Shown piece after piece: positions 63,150 through 64,000 of a stretch of 64,000 bases of DNA. Both the position numbers and the translations under genes were made by a program. Location: the NCBI RefSeq assembly GCF_964194155.1, contig NC_135889.1:94736001-94800000 (forward strand). Reading direction: 5' to 3'. How positions within the stretch are numbered: position 1 is the first letter of the stretch; every line of letters starts with the position of its first letter. The notes beneath the pieces were generated by a model that was not told where the DNA came from, did not search any database, and saw only the letters and a list, made by a program, of their open reading frames with translations. The stretch comes from Cetorhinus maximus (lineage: Eukaryota).

Positions 63150-64000
63150 TAGAAACATAAAAAATAGAAGCAGGAGTAGGTCCCTTGAGCCTGTTCCGCC
63201 ATTCAATATAATCATGGCAATATGATTGATCTCAACGCCATACTTTCGCTCTTTCCCTTTGCCCTTTGACACCCTTAGAGTCTAGAAATCTATTTCCTTC
63301 TTAAATATATTCAGTGACTTGGCCTCTACAGCCTTCTGTGGTAGAGAATTCCACAGGTTCACCACCCTCTGAGTGAAGAAGTTTCTCCTCATCTCAGTCC
63401 TAATTGGCCTACCCTGTTTCCTGAGACTCTGACCCCTTGTTCTAGACTCCCTCCAGCCAGAGGAAACATCATCCTGCATCCAGAATTGCATATGTTTCAA
63501 TGAGATCCCCTCTCCAGTGGATGCAGGCCTAGTTGACCTAATCTTTCCTCACACAACAATCCTGCCATCCCAGGAATCAGTCTGGTGAACCTTCGCTGCA
63601 CTCCCTCTATGACAAGTATACCCTTTCTTGGGTAAGGAGACCAAAACTGCACACAATACTCCAGGTGTGATTTCACCAAGGCCCTGTACAGGTACAGTAA
63701 GACATACTTGCTCCTGTACTCAAGTCATCTCACAATGAAGGCCAACATACCATTTACCTAAAAGAGTTCTGTTGAAGGGTCACGAGGACTCGAAACATCA
63801 ACTTTGCTCTTCTCCGCCGATGCTGCCAGACCTGCTGAGTTTTTCCAGGTATTTCTGTTTTTGTTTTAGATTTCCAGCATCCGCAGTTTTTTGTTTTTAC
63901 CATTTACCTTCTTAACTGCATGTTTGCTTTCAGTGGTTTGTGTAGAAGGACATCCATGTCCCTTTGTACATCAACACTTCCCAATCTATTATCATTTAAA
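63150..64000 (-). mobile_element. CR1 LINE 3' end, runs off the window
   Basis: HLEYCVQFWSPY, EMRRNFFTQRVVNLWNSLP. Confidence 0.9.
63760..63897 (+). mobile_element. Short Penelope-derived insert with hammerhead-like motif, 12-bp TSD
   Basis: TSD taccatttacct at 63748-63759 and 63898-63909; gagtt-CTGTTGA-a-gggtc(acgag)gactc-GAAA-catc-aactt. Confidence 0.88.

Overview
Vertebrate genomic DNA, most likely from a cartilaginous fish. That assignment is inferred from the dense CR1 LINEs, DeuSINE/SacSINE-like and V-SINE-like SINEs and Penelope elements. The only host gene is SPOPL (+ strand). Its first three coding exons (50916-50993, 54798-54919, 62412-62563) are all GT-AG bounded and splice in frame into the N-terminus and MATH domain. 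Everything upstream is probably a long 5'UTR intron, although the upstream exon was not identified. The rest is mostly decayed mobile DNA: two CR1-clade LINE groups, L2, RTE, a Gypsy gag remnant, two solo LTRs, Tigger/pogo elements, SINEs, a hairpin-rich MITE family and Penelope-like elements. Four signals stand out: (1) a ~2.1 kb head-to-head Penelope palindrome about 400 bp upstream of the first coding exon; (2) minimal type I hammerhead-ribozyme motifs in Penelope 3' ends, including two ~120-140 bp stand-alone inserts with 12-15 bp target-site duplications and a shared variant core (CUGUUGA); (3) a five-copy MITE with serial internal stem-loops; (4) a deeply nested TE stack at 10.9-20 kb. 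Repeat boundaries were read by eye and are approximate unless a TSD or TIR is quoted. No database searches were run.
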